Source: Candidatus Blochmanniella floridana
GTDB taxonomy: Bacteria; Pseudomonadota; Gammaproteobacteria; Enterobacterales; Enterobacteriaceae
NCBI GenBank assembly: GCA_000043285.1
Contig: BX248583.1
Coordinates: 270,001 to 302,000, forward strand
Length of the DNA stretch: 32,000 nt
Reading direction: 5' to 3'
Shown here one piece after another: positions 30,736 through 32,000 of the stretch. Numbering within the stretch: position 1 is the stretch's first letter; every line of letters starts with the position of its first letter. Below the pieces are notes generated by a model. The model was not told where the DNA came from. It ran no database searches and saw only the letters and a program-made list of their open reading frames with translations. The position numbers and the translations under genes were made by a program.

Positions 30736-31488
30736 GTGATATTATCTCAATTTGATCAAAACATACAACCCTTGTCTTCTGCTATATTACCAAGGCATAT
30801 AGCTATTATTATGGATGGTAATGGGCGTTGGGCTCGAGGTAGAGGTAAATTACGTATTGTAGGTCATCAGGCAGGATTTCAGGCGGCTCGTCGGGCGGTA
30901 CGTTTTGCTGTGCATTGCCGATTTAATGCTCTTACATTATATGCTTTTAGTAGTGAAAATTGGACACGATCTAATACAGAAATTAGTTCTTTGATGCAAT
31001 TATTTATTTATGCATTAAATAGTGAAATAAATAATTTAAATAAAAATAATATTAAATTAAGAATTATTGGAGATGTGAATAGATTCACTCAGGAGCTGCA
31101 GGATTGTATTTATCGTTCTGAACAATTAACATCTAATAATAATGGTCTTAATTTAAATATTGCTGCAAATTATGGAGGAAGGTGGGATATAGTGCAAGGA
31201 GTAAAAAAGATTATTGCACAAATACAAAAAGGTGTATTAAAACCTAATCAAATTAATGAAAATATTTTATGCAAATATGTTTGTATGAATGAATTGTCTC
31301 CAGTGGATTTAGTGATCAGAACAGGAGGCGAACATCGTATTAGTAATTTTTTATTATGGCAGATAGCATATGCTGAATTATTTTTTACGGATGTATTATG
31401 GCCTGATTTTAATGATATTGTTTTTAGAAGAGCATTGCATTCTTTTATGAAACGCGATCGACGTTTTGGAAAAAGTGCATTTATTTAA
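30736..31488 (+). CDS. uppS: Ditrans,polycis-undecaprenyl-diphosphate synthase
   Basis: GTG start. HIAIIMDGNGRWA, LTLYAFSSENW.R, NIAANYGGRWDIVQGV and LVIRTGGEHRISNFLLWQIAYAELFFTDVLWPDF are almost identical to E. coli UppS. Confidence 0.95.
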   Translation: MILSQFDQNIQPLSSAILPRHIAIIMDGNGRWARGRGKLRIVGHQAGFQAARRAVRFAVHCRFNALTLYAFSSENWTRSNTEISSLMQLFIYALNSEINNLNKNNIKLRIIGDVNRFTQELQDCIYRSEQLTSNNNGLNLNIAANYGGRWDIVQGVKKIIAQIQKGVLKPNQINENILCKYVCMNELSPVDLVIRTGGEHRISNFLLWQIAYAELFFTDVLWPDFNDIVFRRALHSFMKRDRRFGKSAFI

Positions 31489-31539
31489 TTTTTAATTGAT
31501 ATATAGTACAAGATTATATATTTCATAAGGAATATTAAT

Positions 31540-32000
31540 GTGTTGCGTGATCGTGTAATTAGTACATGTATATTAGTCCCTATTTTAATTTCCATATTGT
31601 TTTTATTTTCTGTAACACAATTTTCATGTTTATTATTTGCAGTATGTGCTATTAGTGCATGGGAATGGGGTAAATTAATGCATTTTTCTGAAAATATTTA
31701 TTATTTGTGGATTTTTGTTATATGTAGCATATTGTGTATTACATTAATAATGATTCTTATTCACAATTATTTATATTTTAATTGTTTTTTTATTCTGTTA
31801 AGTTGTTTTAGTTTTGTTATAATATGGTGGGTGTTTATGTTGTTATTAGTATTATTTTATCCTTATTCTTCTTGTGTTTGGAATAGTTCTAATGTACTAC
31901 GTTTTTGTTTTGGGTTATTAATCATTTTTCCATTTTTTTTTGGAGTTTTAACATTGTATAAATTTGGTTATTCTAATAATGATGTTAATGGGAAATGGTG
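31540..32000 (+). CDS. cdsA: Phosphatidate cytidylyltransferase, 3' end cut by the window edge
   Basis: Not in the ORF track because there is no stop inside the window. GTG 31540 (AAGGA 8 nt upstream) reads (M)LRDRVISTCILVPILISILFLFS...AVCAISAWEWGKL, matching E. coli MLKYRLISAFVLIPVVIAALFLL...CMLAAWEWGQL. It is hydrophobic and membrane-like to the window end and follows uppS, as in E. coli. Confidence 0.85.
   Translation, partial: MLRDRVISTCILVPILISILFLFSVTQFSCLLFAVCAISAWEWGKLMHFSENIYYLWIFVICSILCITLIMILIHNYLYFNCFFILLSCFSFVIIWWVFMLLLVLFYPYSSCVWNSSNVLRFCFGLLIIFPFFFGVLTLYKFGYSNNDVNGKW

Noticed and set aside
1-32000. A window-wide search for accessory or novel systems: CRISPR repeats, transposase or integrase genes, IS inverted repeats, phage genes, toxin-antitoxin pairs, restriction-modification or other defence genes, tandem repeats, and tRNA or rRNA genes.
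   Set aside because: None was found. Every ORF above about 110 aa is a recognisable housekeeping orthologue in conserved order. The spacers are short or featureless A/T-rich DNA without repeated units or G+C-rich RNA-like segments. I do not think this window contains an undescribed multi-gene system.

Overview
This window is a very AT-rich stretch of core chromosome (roughly a quarter G+C by eye, not computed; spacers lower still). It comes from a genome-reduced gammaproteobacterial (Enterobacterales-type) insect endosymbiont. Blochmannia- or Wigglesworthia-like is my guess, and I cannot name the genus from sequence alone. I can support 25 housekeeping genes, all with clear E. coli orthologues: speB (5' cut by the window), pgk, fbaA, rpiA, ygfA, zapA, ubiH, ygfZ, prfB, lysS, lysA, rppH, lgt, recC, recD, recB, dapD, map, rpsB, tsf, pyrH, frr, dxr, uppS and cdsA (3' cut by the window). 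Genes speB to recC follow the E. coli K-12 order (about min 66.5 to 63.5, from memory of the map), with many intervening genes deleted. The recB-recD pair is inverted, and the window then joins the dapD-map-rpsB-tsf-pyrH-frr-dxr-uppS-cdsA block (E. coli about min 4). I found no tRNA or rRNA genes, CRISPR arrays, transposases, phage genes, toxin or defence genes, or any other accessory cargo, and I see no evidence of a novel multi-gene system here. Five observations merit a second look. (1) dxr is separated from its NADPH-binding N-terminus by a stop or frame break at codon 17, and the supplied ORF track disagrees with the nucleotides as I read them. (2) The prfB +1 programmed frameshift is conserved but uses UUU UGA C instead of the canonical CUU UGA C. 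(3) recBD is inverted and abuts a synteny junction. (4) Exact A10 tracts sit in frame in recB, recC, recD and ygfA. (5) A few long perfect palindromes occur, notably a 25-bp one overlapping the lysA stop codon.
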